Of a stretch of DNA of 64,000 nucleotides, positions 41,857-52,864 are shown piece by piece (position 1 is the first letter of the stretch; every line of letters begins with the position of its first letter). Origin of the DNA: Ignavibacteriota bacterium (GTDB taxonomy: Bacteria; Bacteroidota; Ignavibacteria; UBA10030; CAVZMI01). The DNA is taken from NCBI GenBank assembly GCA_963776275.1, contig CAVZMI010000005.1, positions 54,176-118,175 on the forward strand, read 5' to 3'. The notes under the pieces were generated by a model, which worked only from the letters and a program-made list of their open reading frames with translations, was not told where the DNA came from and did not search any database. A program made the position numbers and the translations under genes.

Positions 41857-44138
41857 TCATTTTACGACTACCAGCCTCATCGTTTTCGTGTAAGATCTGG
41901 ATTCCATACTGCGATTACCGGCCGGTGCCGTCGATAAAGCGGACAATCTATAGAAATAAATGCCGCTCGAAATACCCTCCGCATTCCACTGGCGCGAGAA
42001 ATAGCCCGCCTGAAGTTCTTCCGATACGACGGTCGTCACTTCTCTGCCCGTGACATCGAAAATTTTTAACGTCACGAAAGAAGGAGCCGGAAGGCCGAAT
42101 CGTATGGTTGTCGACGGATTAAAGGGATTAGGATAATTCTGGCCGAGTGTGTACTCGAATGGAATATTACCGCTGTTTCCGCTCATTTGGGTTGGAACGG
42201 TATTGATGTGATAAATGTGTACGGCATTTTTCCAAAATGTATCCTGAAATTGGCCGTCCACCACCGGAATGGTTCGTGCTCTCATCGATGATATCCGCCT
42301 CCATGGTACCGACGAGGTTGCTTACCGATACGTTGACTTGTATCAGCTCGGGTTCGATGCCGGTATAATTTGTACCGGGTATCGGATCGGGTTCGGTAAT
42401 GCGGGCGGCGAAAATATAGACATCGGTTCCACTCTCGCGTATCATCAAGTCGACTCGTTTAAGCGGAATATTTGCATCATCGGAAGCGGTGCGCGAGGGT
42501 TCGGGACTAAGAACAACTGGAGCCAGTATCTCCATCTGATCGGCGAATTTTTTCATGGCGGGCCATCGTATCGAGCTATATACAAAGTAGGGGAACCAGT
42601 TGATTCCCTTAGCGCCGTGGATGACGTTCATCCATGCTTCGAGGTACACCTGTTCTGCCGTAACCGGCGGTGTGTTGTCACCCTCGGTCTCTTCACACAC
42701 CTGCAGCGCCGGGATACAGGGCACAAGTTTTTTATTGTTCGTCTGCATTCGATCCAGAGCGTCGAGGTAGGCAGAATACGGACCCATGTCGGTGTAATTC
42801 AGTGTCGGATGCAGCCGGTATTGGATCGGGTAAATATCGCCGCCGATGACATCCTCGGTTCATTTCTTTCCACCGAAAAATTTATCACTCTGGAGATAAT
42901 CGTACAGTCGCAGACCCGTTCCATAATACTTCAACCAATCGTAGCAGGCCAGTTCATTGTAATGTGGATGTTGGGGATCCTCACGATGACTGACGTACTG
43001 CCATGCAGCTAACACGGGCTGATAGGCTTTTTGCGGCCAACCTCCCAGATTCGGTTCGTCTTCCCAGCTCCACATCAACAGCGCCGGACTATCGCGGTTT
43101 GCCCTTATATATTCCGCCATCCTGTTGATGTCGTGGTTGAATTCCTGACGGCGTGGTTCGACTTCTCCCCAGTCATAATCGCCGCGAGTCGGACCGATGC
43201 ACATCAGTCCTTTGGCCGCAGCCTTATTGAGATAGTCCGTCCACGTTGAAACGCTGTGCGAAGGATACCATCCCTCGGTATGCAGCGAGTTGATCGATGA
43301 CGAGTCGAGATATTTCTGGACATTATCGTTATCGGTCATGTAGGTCATAATCGGAAAGAAAAGTTGTCCGTTCACACGAATAGCATTATTTTCGTCGATG
43401 CCGACCTGCGGTACGCCCGGGTATCGTTTGGAAAATTTATCGTGCCATAAGCCTCCGGGTAGTCGCTGACCATCCGCATCGAGGAGTTCTGCAATCACCA
43501 CATAGTCGCCCTGGGCAAGTTGTTTCTGATCGAACAGAATTATTTCCTCGGAGGCTAAAACGGATTTCGAAAAAATTATTGTTGATTGTTCTCCCGGTTC
43601 CGCCAGTGTTACGCGAAGTGTGGTTTGATTTCCCTGGCAGGATGGAGGAATTACTGCATAGAGATATTGTGCCAGACGCACATGGAACGGGGCATGGAGG
43701 AGTTCGAAGCCCGTCATCGGTGCTTCGCCCGTCACGGTGATGAATTTCGTAACGGAATCTTTTGCGATTGGAGTGTCCTGTCGGATTTCCTTCACCGTCG
43801 AAATCATTATACATCGATACTATCAATTTTACGGCGAATGTTCCTGGTTTCATGAAGTAATGCACACACGCTAATCCTGAACATGCGGTATAGTAGTAAG
43901 GAAATCCGAACCTGAACGAGTATCCGTCGTCAAAGTCCCACTCATACCGCGCTTTTCTCAGGAGCGTTACGTCTCCCTGGTATGTTGTGCTGTCGGCACT
44001 GAAAAAGACTTCCTCGCCGACATCCACGTTCGTGCCCGGTTGAGTCGATATCACAGGACTCAATCCCTGTGAAAATATCATACCGGAAACCGATACCAAA
44101 AGAATTGTTAAAGCAATCAGCCGCATTTTATCTGTCAT
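41857..44138 (-). pseudogene. secreted PKD-domain + glycoside-hydrolase-like (TIM barrel) + T9SS protein with three lesions
   Basis: Four ORF pieces join after removing 1 nt near 43776, reading through TGA at 42860-42862 and removing 1 nt near 42277. YEWDFDDG PKD motif, WSWEDEP, GDIYPI, IHGAKGINWF, QNYPNPFNP. Confidence 0.75.
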
Positions 44139-44170
44139 GATGAAGTGAGAAAAAAAATCAAATGCGTTTA

Positions 44171-44677
44171 TTATTCTTTCTCCGGTTCTTTTATAAGACC
44201 AAACTGGAGCAGGTGGTGATAGCAATGCTTGAAATTTATTCGCTGCCACTCCTCTGCTCCGACCGGACCGAATAGCGGGTGAGTATGGATTGCCTCCGGC
44301 TGTGTTCGGAAATGATTGATGTATCTGGTCAACTCTTCCAGGAATCCTGTTTTTGCCTCTACAAGATCCGCGTACAGAAGGGAAGGTGGTTCTTCGCCCA
44401 GCATAGGATTTTTAAAATCATGCGGTGTCGCCCTGTTGTTATATAGGAAATCTTTCATCCGCGCAAGGTTGTTCTCCGGAGTGTCGAATGGAACGTCATA
44501 TTTACCTGTCGATAATTCGAAAGTCCAGATAAGATGTTCCACCATGTGCTGTGCGGTCATTTTTCCCCATAGGGATTGTGCATTTTCCTCGAGGTCGTTT
44601 ATACAGTCGGGTAATATTTCTGTGAGAAAAGAATGCCGGAGTTTCGCATCATTAACATCGAATGGTACGGTAAGCAT
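44171..44677 (-). CDS. DinB/DUF1569-like protein
   Basis: WGKMTAQHMVEHL ... HPLFGP....W.....KHCYHHLLQFG. Confidence 0.8.
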   Translation of the reverse strand: MLTVPFDVNDAKLRHSFLTEILPDCINDLEENAQSLWGKMTAQHMVEHLIWTFELSTGKYDVPFDTPENNLARMKDFLYNNRATPHDFKNPMLGEEPPSLLYADLVEAKTGFLEELTRYINHFRTQPEAIHTHPLFGPVGAEEWQRINFKHCYHHLLQFGLIKEPEKE

Positions 44678-45013
44678 AGCAGGATTCCCCCATCTTTCTG
44701 GATGTATGAAAATTGCAAATAATTATAATAACCGGGTATGTCGTCTATCACAAAATTCGCGTATGTGATCTAACCCGATATCATGGGGATGAACATACAT
44801 TTTATAGGAGAGGTTGTAAAGAGCATTTTAAAACCAAATGCCATTAGATGCATGGGTTTTCGATTACATTATTAAGTCGAGATATATAGTACTGGCATAG
44901 GGTCCGTTTGTTTGGATCCATTGTGCATTCGTTATATTTTTTAAAAATAAAGCGATGAGAAGTGCTAATGTGGTGCTACCCTGAAGCATCTTTCGTATCC
45001 CAGAACAGGTTTT

Positions 45014-45553
45014 TTAAAAATACTGCCCTTTTTTCCTGAGCATATCTCCATAATGCTCCTGCAGGCAATCGGGGCAGAGACCGTGGGAAAAAGCTGCCGC
45101 GCTATGCGATGAGATGTACTTTTCCATCGGCTGCCACTCATTGTTTTCGTCGCGTATCTTCTTGCAAAAAGAGCAGATTGGCAACAATCCCTCCAGTAGG
45201 TGAACTTCCTTTGACAGCTTGCGTGTTTGATTCGCGGTGCGGTCAATAACAAGTGAAAATGCAGAAAGAACCACGATTCTGATCAGGGCATTAAGACCGG
45301 CTTCGACCGTGGTCCATGGGATTGTCCAGAGTGCTATATTGAAATAGAAGCGGACCAGAGGCATGATTAATGCAAATGCGAGTCCCCACCACCGGCCGTT
45401 ATACCAGGATGCTAAAGCAACCGGTATCAAAAAAGAGATAGGGAATTGGATGAACGGTCCTGAGAAATAATCGGCAATCAGAAGTAATATTGAAATCCCG
45501 ATCCATATGAATGGAAAGATAGGATTTCTAATTAAGGGGTTATTTGACTTCAT
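45014..45553 (-). CDS. 4-TM membrane protein with C-terminal CxxC/HGxCPxC zinc-binding domain
   Basis: TM segments followed by LEGLLPICSFCKKIRDENNEWQPMEKYISSHSAAAFSHGLCPDC. Confidence 0.8.
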   Translation of the reverse strand: MKSNNPLIRNPIFPFIWIGISILLLIADYFSGPFIQFPISFLIPVALASWYNGRWWGLAFALIMPLVRFYFNIALWTIPWTTVEAGLNALIRIVVLSAFSLVIDRTANQTRKLSKEVHLLEGLLPICSFCKKIRDENNEWQPMEKYISSHSAAAFSHGLCPDCLQEHYGDMLRKKGQYF

Positions 45554-45638
45554 GGTGTTGATCCTCTATAATGAGAGTTCCTATTTTAACTATACGCTAT
45601 TAGAAGCTTAGATTTTCGATTACAATATTAAAGATATA

Positions 45639-46559
45639 TCACCTTAACAGAATAAGCTTCTTAGTCTGGAAAGAATAATCCGTTTCCAGTCGATAGAAAT
45701 ACACGCCGCTGGCAAATCCGGACGCATCCCAATCTGTGGAATATGTAGCGGCACTCAAGCGTCCTGATATCAATGTTGCGACTTCCTCTCCAAGAACGTT
45801 GAATACCTTCAAGTTGACGAATGAAGGTTGTGGGATTGAAAAACTGATTGTCGTACTCGGGTTGAATGGATTAGGAAAATTCTGAAACAATAAAAATCCT
45901 TCAGGAGCACTTGCTTGATTCCGAATTGAGAGGATAGAACCATGTACTGTATCGGAAATTACACAGCCCATGAGTAATCTTTGTGTATTCGAAAGACCGG
46001 GAGGGTCACCAAGGTCATGGGCTAAAATGGGTCCGAATTGATCAGATATCGAAATATAACTTAGTACTAATCCATCGAGTCGGTAATTCAGAATACGGGT
46101 TGTAATATTAAAAACATCGATAGTATCTACTCTATCCAATGTGATAAGATCGAACCACCCGAAATTCGCTTCCCACTGATCATTCGGGCTCGCATTGAGT
46201 TTTAAAAATGATACATCGGCAGAATCATTCTCGCGGTAGTAATGAATCCAATTGGAATCGACTCTCACATAACGGCCTCCCAATAAATCTGGATTGTCTA
46301 AAACATAGTAGTACAACCCGTTCGGCATTTTTGAATAGGAAATCACCTTGATCGAAGTAGTATCAATGCTGCCATTAACTGGAATCCATTCCCACGTCGT
46401 GTCGGTAATATAATGTTGATTCCACTCCCATGATGTATCAATATAATTCCATTTATTACCGATTTGTAGTGGGTAATATTCCTGAGAGAACAAAACGCCC
46501 TTGAGAAGTATTAGAAATCCCATTAACGAAATTATGGATTTTTTTATTTCCATCTTCAT
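45639..46559 (-). CDS. secreted protein with T9SS type A sorting domain
   Basis: Signal peptide, YYPLQIGNKWNY, FQNFPNPFNPST..ASGVYFYRL. Confidence 0.82.
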   Translation of the reverse strand: MKMEIKKSIISLMGFLILLKGVLFSQEYYPLQIGNKWNYIDTSWEWNQHYITDTTWEWIPVNGSIDTTSIKVISYSKMPNGLYYYVLDNPDLLGGRYVRVDSNWIHYYRENDSADVSFLKLNASPNDQWEANFGWFDLITLDRVDTIDVFNITTRILNYRLDGLVLSYISISDQFGPILAHDLGDPPGLSNTQRLLMGCVISDTVHGSILSIRNQASAPEGFLLFQNFPNPFNPSTTISFSIPQPSFVNLKVFNVLGEEVATLISGRLSAATYSTDWDASGFASGVYFYRLETDYSFQTKKLILLR

Positions 46560-46585
46560 TGATCTTCAGTCTCGTGATGATCAGG

Positions 46586-47881
46586 TCAAATATACCAATC
46601 GGCACGCGTCAGCGGCAGCTTGCTTTCCTCCCGGTCGGATTTTACGAGAAGCGTTTGATATATGGAAAGTTGTCCTGTCTTAAATCCATGAGCCGAGCCT
46701 GCATGGTTTAGCCGCCAGATACGATAGGTCGGTTCGTCAGTAAGTTTCACCGCCTCTTCATGATGCGCTTCCAGACGCCGGCGCCAATGACGAAGCGTAT
46801 GCATGTAATGCTCCCGCATGCTTTCGACATCTCGTACCTCGAAGCCGCATTTCTCGGCAATACTTAATGTTATGTTGATCGGCAATAATTCGCCGTCGGG
46901 AAAAATGTAACGATCGGAAAACGATGCCGCCTTCTTTGACGGTTGATTTGGTCCATAGGCAATTCCGTGGTTGAGAAATACACCGCCCTGTCTGAGTAAA
47001 CGCCGCGCTCTGTCGAAATATTCCGGAAGCATCGACTCGCCTACATGTTCAAACATTCCCACGCTCACAATCTTATCGTAAGTGTCCGGTTCCCCGATAT
47101 CGCGATAATCACGGACTTCTACACGACATCGATCTGGTAATCCCTCACGGTGGATAAGCTCGTTTGCCAGCCGGGCCTGTGGCTCGCTCAAAGTAATGCC
47201 CAGAGCTTCGACGCCATATTTTTTTGCAGCATGGATAATCAATCCGCCCCAACCGCAGCCGATGTCGAGAAGTCTCTCGCCGCGATGCAATCTTAGCTTT
47301 CGGCATGTATAATCGAGCTTCCGCTCCTGTGCGATATCAAGGTCTTCTTCCGGTGAAATAAAATATGCGCACGAATAGACCATCCGTTTATCCAGCCACA
47401 ATGCGAAAAAATCGTTCGATACGTTATAATGGTACGTGACAGCCTGACGGTCGCGCTCTCTGGAATGAATGGAACCTCGTAACGCCGCAGCCTGTCGGCC
47501 AATGCGAGGTTTTCCTTCTGTAGGGAGTTTGTAGAGGAGTCTGCCCAGATGAATTTTTTTTGCCAGACTTAATTGCATGCCGAGAAGATAATCAGCCATT
47601 GTCAATGCCGCTTCGATATCGCCTTCAATATCAAAGTCATTATAGACATATGCCTCGCCCAGGGTCACTTCATTTATATGGAGGAACATTCTCCGCAGCG
47701 AACCGGGGTGCTGAAGAACCAGTGTGAAGAGTGCTTGTTGTCCGGACTCAGGATCCCACGTCGTACCATCCCAGAAACGTACTGCAAAATTGCGCGGATG
47801 ATATTTATTAAAAACCTCTTGAAGAATTTCAAGGCTGGTGTGAATATTACTGTTGTAAGTCGGAATGGGTTCTGTTTGCAT
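46586..47881 (-). CDS. cfa: cyclopropane-fatty-acyl-phospholipid synthase
   Basis: LGEAYV, HYNVSNDFF..WLD..MVYSCAY, LLDIGCGWGG, IVSVGMFEHVG, YIFPDG. Confidence 0.92.
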   Translation of the reverse strand: MQTEPIPTYNSNIHTSLEILQEVFNKYHPRNFAVRFWDGTTWDPESGQQALFTLVLQHPGSLRRMFLHINEVTLGEAYVYNDFDIEGDIEAALTMADYLLGMQLSLAKKIHLGRLLYKLPTEGKPRIGRQAAALRGSIHSRERDRQAVTYHYNVSNDFFALWLDKRMVYSCAYFISPEEDLDIAQERKLDYTCRKLRLHRGERLLDIGCGWGGLIIHAAKKYGVEALGITLSEPQARLANELIHREGLPDRCRVEVRDYRDIGEPDTYDKIVSVGMFEHVGESMLPEYFDRARRLLRQGGVFLNHGIAYGPNQPSKKAASFSDRYIFPDGELLPINITLSIAEKCGFEVRDVESMREHYMHTLRHWRRRLEAHHEEAVKLTDEPTYRIWRLNHAGSAHGFKTGQLSIYQTLLVKSDREESKLPLTRADWYI

Positions 47882-47962
47882 CGCCCTTTCCTCCTATATG
47901 TATTTTCGCTTCACCGCAGCAGTATCATCTTCTTTGTTTAAAGAAGGTCTGATACAATCCAT

Positions 47963-50900
47963 TTATCGGGCATTATAGGAAGCGAGGATACGTCCATCCC
48001 TACCTATAAGCATCAGTGCCGCTCTTCCAGGGGCGAGACTGACGTGGAAATGTGTGCCGCTCATCCTGTCTCGAAACTCAACCGGGGTGGTGCTCGTACT
48101 TTCGGAAGTCAGAACATATAGTGTCGCTTCCGGTAATTGCGTCGGGCAGATCAAAATGCCGGGGTCTCCACAAGAGGTTTCATAGGCAGTACTCACTCCT
48201 GCGCGTTCCATAGCATACTTGTAAATGCGCCCGATTTCATTCAGTTGATCTGCAAGCTCGAGCGGCAGAGCAAAGTAGAGTATCCGGCCCTTGCCATGCG
48301 GGATATCGAGGAATGTCCGGCCGCTAGCCAGGACACCCCGTTCGATATAGGTTGTCTTATCGCCTGAATAACTCAAACGCGCTGAGCCCCCAGGCCAATT
48401 CACTACCGCTTCCCGGGTGGTCAACGCCGCCGAAGTATAATCAGTATTCCATTCACGTGTGCGTTCAGGAACCGAGAACCAGTGCTCGTCTGCATCGATT
48501 CTCCCTGAAATAAGCAGCGTCGCCCCGGCCTTTACCTTGCTCATGAGCAGATCCCATGCCTCCTGATGAAACACCCAGGGCGCGGGAACGATGATTAATT
48601 TAGCGTCGGTCATTCGTGACAACTGATACTCACCGGTCACGAACGCTGTCGCCCGGGCGTGATGATACAGTGCGCGTACGGCGTTTTGCTGTGCCGCGAC
48701 CCCCCAGCCGCCAAACATGGAGAGTTGCAGCGATTGCGGAAGCACCAGTGCGATATCGGGCAGCCGCGCTTCTGTAGTGTATGCTTGTGCATCGCGGGCA
48801 AAGGAAGCTATGCCCTTGAGGACATTCATCCATTGTTTTTGCGAACCATCGCGCCGCATCAGGCCATAGGTATCACTGTGTGTCCAATCCCAGTGCAGAA
48901 CGCCCGCGTTCGCATTGGCGAAGCTCAATGCTAGTTTCCGTTCAAGAAGCGGCATTCCCTGCACGTCGTCTAAACGCCATGAGCCGTCCATGGACCATAC
49001 AGGTTGCAGACCTGTTTCACCGATAATGTTCGGTTTGTTCAGACTCTTTGCCGCTACCGAGCTCCACAGAAGTGCATCATCGCGCCACCAGCTATGATTC
49101 ACCGTATAACTTACCGGAGAATCCGCCCAGAACTGATTTAGTACACGATCCGATACACCTCCTTCATCCTGACCGATTGTGATTGCCTGCTGAGTACCCG
49201 TGCTGCGAATTGCTTGTATAATAGTGTCGGCCCATTGTCGAAAGGCATCCTGTGCAAAAAGGTTATAGTCGACTGCACGTACGATTCGCGGATTGCCGTA
49301 ACGTGCCGGCCCCAGGTCCGCAAAGCCGGGCAGCGGCACTCTCTCAAATGTGCCCAGTTCAGCAGGCGACGTGCGCCATGCCTGCGCGAGTCTATCGATT
49401 GTAACGTAGCGTTTTTTAAGCCAGCGCTGCCAGACACCTAATTCAATTGAATCTCCGTTTGGTGAATTACCGCTCCAGAGACGTTTGGGATTGGAGAAAT
49501 TGGGTTCGTTGATGAGATCGAAACTCAGAAATGGTAGATTTCGAAAATGGGCGGCGATCGAACGGACGTAGGCAATCTGCACTTCGATCGATACTGGATC
49601 AAGGTACGGGTTGGATCCCGGTCCCAAACGGTTTCCTTCCTGACCCGGCCCCTGTTGCATTTCGGTCTGGGGCTCAAATGCAAAGAAAGTGAAAATGACT
49701 TGCATATTATGACGTGCTGCTGCGTAAAGGTAGGCTTCTATGGCTCGCAACAGACGTTCATCCGCTGCACCGCTGACTACGTCCAGGGTATATCCCCGAT
49801 TGATCCAGATTCCCGTGCGAACTATGGTCAGGCCTTGCCGTTCCATCTCGGCAAAGTCCCGTTCCCAGACCCATGCATTCCCACCGAGGCTGCCGATAGC
49901 GAAGAAACCCGTCGTGTAAGGATCGGTGCAAAAATAATTTGCTCCCGCCATCAGATACGGTTTTCCGCCAAGCCGGAAGTAATCGCGCCCGGCTTCCAGA
50001 TGTTTGCCTGATCGCAGCAGTGCGGAATCGCGCACGCATACTCCCGACGTATACCGCTCAAACAGTGTATCGCCGATGGATAAAGTAGCACGCAGTTTAT
50101 ATAGTCCGGGATTGTTCAATGGCTGTGTGAGTCCGATCTCTTCGTGCATTAAAGTGCCGCAGGTAATCGTTCTTGTAGCAAGAACATTCGAGCCGGACAT
50201 CAATTCAAGAGTCAATTGTCCGGGTTCTCCGGATCGCAGCACATCTATTGTTCCCGACACATGTTCACCTGAATCCAGTGTAAGCTGTTGCAGATTGAGC
50301 CAGAGTCGAATGCCTCCGCAAGACGCATAGATGGCAGCCTTTCGTACCAGCTCAATTCCTGTCCAGGAATTCCAAAAAGCCGGTTCAGAGTCGAAGCTTA
50401 GATAAACACGCCGTCGCGGTGGAAGAGCTTGGCCCGTCAGATCTTCGGCAACGACAGGAGCAGCAAGGCGATTGCCGTCAGCATCGACAAGAAATCCAAG
50501 ACCCCGATACCTTCCTCCATATCCTGCATTCACGAAAACGTGGCGTGGATTCAGAGCGAGGTCGTGAAACCAGGGAGCGTCTTCATCCCACTGAAGGCTC
50601 CATGGTCCGTGCTGCGGCACAGCATAGGAATGCTCAATGCCGAGAGACCGGGCGTAGCTGTTCTGCGGTTGCCCGACCCGCCAGCCGGCGCTATCGCGAT
50701 AAACCGGGACAAAGAAAGGCCGGCCGCCCAGCACGAGCAGATTGCCATGGTTGAGGTGATTGCGTATCGTTTCCCAGGCGTCTGCTGGAAATGCCGACCC
50801 GTAAGGGAGTATTAGCAGATCACCTTCTGCGAGCGCATCGCTCTTCTGCAGATCAGCAAGGCTGACAAAGTGAGGACTCAAAGATGCAAATGCACGCTCG

Positions 50901-51043
50901 AGCGCAGCGCGACTGATAGCACCGTTCTCGACAGGGGGGAAGTCCTTCTCAAAAAAAACGACTGTTTTTCCGAAGCTTGGTGCAACGACTGCAAGGAATA
51001 TACAGGTGAAAAAATTTAAGTAGTGCGTAAAATATTTACGCAT
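47963..51043 (-). CDS. large secreted clan GH-A glycoside hydrolase (GH5/GH42-like)
   Basis: Signal peptide; GANYF, FDLINEP (acid/base), IIGETG (nucleophile); GATase-like trimerisation-type C-domain. Confidence 0.75.
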   Translation of the reverse strand: MRKYFTHYLNFFTCIFLAVVAPSFGKTVVFFEKDFPPVENGAISRAALERAFASLSPHFVSLADLQKSDALAEGDLLILPYGSAFPADAWETIRNHLNHGNLLVLGGRPFFVPVYRDSAGWRVGQPQNSYARSLGIEHSYAVPQHGPWSLQWDEDAPWFHDLALNPRHVFVNAGYGGRYRGLGFLVDADGNRLAAPVVAEDLTGQALPPRRRVYLSFDSEPAFWNSWTGIELVRKAAIYASCGGIRLWLNLQQLTLDSGEHVSGTIDVLRSGEPGQLTLELMSGSNVLATRTITCGTLMHEEIGLTQPLNNPGLYKLRATLSIGDTLFERYTSGVCVRDSALLRSGKHLEAGRDYFRLGGKPYLMAGANYFCTDPYTTGFFAIGSLGGNAWVWERDFAEMERQGLTIVRTGIWINRGYTLDVVSGAADERLLRAIEAYLYAAARHNMQVIFTFFAFEPQTEMQQGPGQEGNRLGPGSNPYLDPVSIEVQIAYVRSIAAHFRNLPFLSFDLINEPNFSNPKRLWSGNSPNGDSIELGVWQRWLKKRYVTIDRLAQAWRTSPAELGTFERVPLPGFADLGPARYGNPRIVRAVDYNLFAQDAFRQWADTIIQAIRSTGTQQAITIGQDEGGVSDRVLNQFWADSPVSYTVNHSWWRDDALLWSSVAAKSLNKPNIIGETGLQPVWSMDGSWRLDDVQGMPLLERKLALSFANANAGVLHWDWTHSDTYGLMRRDGSQKQWMNVLKGIASFARDAQAYTTEARLPDIALVLPQSLQLSMFGGWGVAAQQNAVRALYHHARATAFVTGEYQLSRMTDAKLIIVPAPWVFHQEAWDLLMSKVKAGATLLISGRIDADEHWFSVPERTREWNTDYTSAALTTREAVVNWPGGSARLSYSGDKTTYIERGVLASGRTFLDIPHGKGRILYFALPLELADQLNEIGRIYKYAMERAGVSTAYETSCGDPGILICPTQLPEATLYVLTSESTSTTPVEFRDRMSGTHFHVSLAPGRAALMLIGRDGRILASYNAR

Positions 51044-51202
51044 GGTATTGGCAGTGAATAGAAACATGTGTTAAAGATTTTTGTAGTAGATAAGATATGG
51101 AGAAGATTGAACAATTTCCACTCTTTCTAGCTTCTTTACAGGACAGATTTTTAGAAGTTCTCCGAGCCTAAGGAGGAAGAACGTTCTTTCAATAAGTATT
51201 TT

Positions 51203-52741
51203 TCACTTCAACGAAGCAGGAGAAACCGATAATGTTGACGCCTTGATATATTTTACAGCAAATTGAAAGAATGCCGGCCAATCCGGAGCATCCGTATGTC
51301 CTCCATTATGATATCTATAAGCAATATCACCCGAGATATATCCGACATCGAGTTGAGGTTTAGCATCAGGCATAATTATTCCCTTTTTCCCGAGCAGCTC
51401 GTACACAGGAGTCGCACCTACGCATGCAAGGTACATGCCGTACGGATCTGTCCAGGAGTCCTGATTACCGCCGTTGATAAAAACAGGACGTGGTGCACAG
51501 AGCGAGAGCAATGAGTGGGCATCGACAGGACAATTTTCTATTTTGCGAGGCATGTAGCTTTCAGTATTTAACGGTCCCATCCATTTGAAAAAGTTACCGG
51601 CCATCCAGTGGTACTCTTGATCCCAGCCGGAGTTCTCGAGATCTTGTCCCCAATGTCTTCGATTCATTTTTGTTCCCAGGCTTCCTGCGCAGCTGGGGAA
51701 TGCGATAGCGAGGCGTTGGTCGTAAGCCATTGCTACGATGGCTGCTTTTCCATAGCGGGAGTGTCCGCTGACGCCGATTTTATTTACATCGACATCGGGG
51801 TCGGTCGCAAAGTAATCGACAAGTCTGCTCACTCCCCAACTCCATGCCGCCAGTGCACCCCAGTCCGTTGGTTTTCTCCAATTACCCTGATTCACCAGAC
51901 CGATGAGGTAGCTTGTGAGGCCTGCGCCGTTATCGGGTTGAAGAAAAGACGGGTCGAAGATACACACACCCCAGCCGTACGGCGCAATCGTATTCCAGTA
52001 TTGGCCCAGCATCGTAATATCGAAACTGGTGCCGCCGAAACCGGCAAACGGATTGAAAATCACCATCACCGGTACCGATCCCGTCGCATTTGCGGGAATA
52101 CGCAGCCAGGCGGATATTTGCGGTACATTTCTGACCTGGGGATATCTGGAAGTATTAATGGTCCCTGTGATGTTTTCCTGTTTGAAAGCCGTTGTTCCGC
52201 TTCCGCCCGTTGAAGTTGTTACCGACCATATCACTGCCGGCAGGATGCTGTCCGGAGGAATCACACCCCACATCTGCTCCTGGACATCCTTAAGAATTTC
52301 GGGGCGACGTATCGTCCACCATTGTTCGGCAAGTGTGATCGGTGTGTTATCCTTCATTTTTAATAGGTCGATAGATGTATACGTGCCGACTCTTAACGAT
52401 TCCGGTCCCGCGAAAAAACCTGCAGAGTGATCGTCGTAATTATTCCAGAGGCCGTGACCTGATCTTGTTATGGTATGGCTTGCTGCATCCGTCCAGTTTC
52501 CTTCAGAATTTGATGCGCTGGACGGATGTGTATTCGGCGGCGCGTTTGTGTCCTGCAGTTTTGGTGGAAGTGAAGGGTATGAAAGGCCAAGCTGCCACAT
52601 CATTTGATCACGGTCGTTGGTGTTCGTTACGGTACCCGGTGGGAAATCCGGATATTGAGCAATCGCTGTGAGAGTTGATAGCGAAAGAATAGCTAAAAGT
52701 ACAATAATTTCTCGGTGTAACTTCGATCGGGTAGTCATCAT
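51203..52741 (-). CDS. CE15 family carbohydrate esterase (glucuronoyl-esterase-like)
   Basis: Signal peptide; WGALAAWSWGVSRLVDY, GVSGHSRYGKAA catalytic motif, PVDAHSLLSLCAPRP, HNGGH. Confidence 0.88.
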   Translation of the reverse strand: MMTTRSKLHREIIVLLAILSLSTLTAIAQYPDFPPGTVTNTNDRDQMMWQLGLSYPSLPPKLQDTNAPPNTHPSSASNSEGNWTDAASHTITRSGHGLWNNYDDHSAGFFAGPESLRVGTYTSIDLLKMKDNTPITLAEQWWTIRRPEILKDVQEQMWGVIPPDSILPAVIWSVTTSTGGSGTTAFKQENITGTINTSRYPQVRNVPQISAWLRIPANATGSVPVMVIFNPFAGFGGTSFDITMLGQYWNTIAPYGWGVCIFDPSFLQPDNGAGLTSYLIGLVNQGNWRKPTDWGALAAWSWGVSRLVDYFATDPDVDVNKIGVSGHSRYGKAAIVAMAYDQRLAIAFPSCAGSLGTKMNRRHWGQDLENSGWDQEYHWMAGNFFKWMGPLNTESYMPRKIENCPVDAHSLLSLCAPRPVFINGGNQDSWTDPYGMYLACVGATPVYELLGKKGIIMPDAKPQLDVGYISGDIAYRYHNGGHTDAPDWPAFFQFAVKYIKASTLSVSPASLK

Positions 52742-52864
52742 TGTTTTTCTTCTCTCATGAGTGATTTCATATATAATAGCTGGGAACTTTTGGTAGGCGA
52801 GGGGAGAGTACTAAATAAATTCTTGAAATGCAATGTTAGGGAATAAATTGTGAGTTGTGACCTG

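Noticed and set aside
42860-42862. Selenocysteine or genetic-code reassignment at the in-frame TGA
   Set aside because: The context suggests Trp rather than Cys, the gene has other lesions, and TGA acts as a normal stop elsewhere (e.g. plsY, IS orfA).
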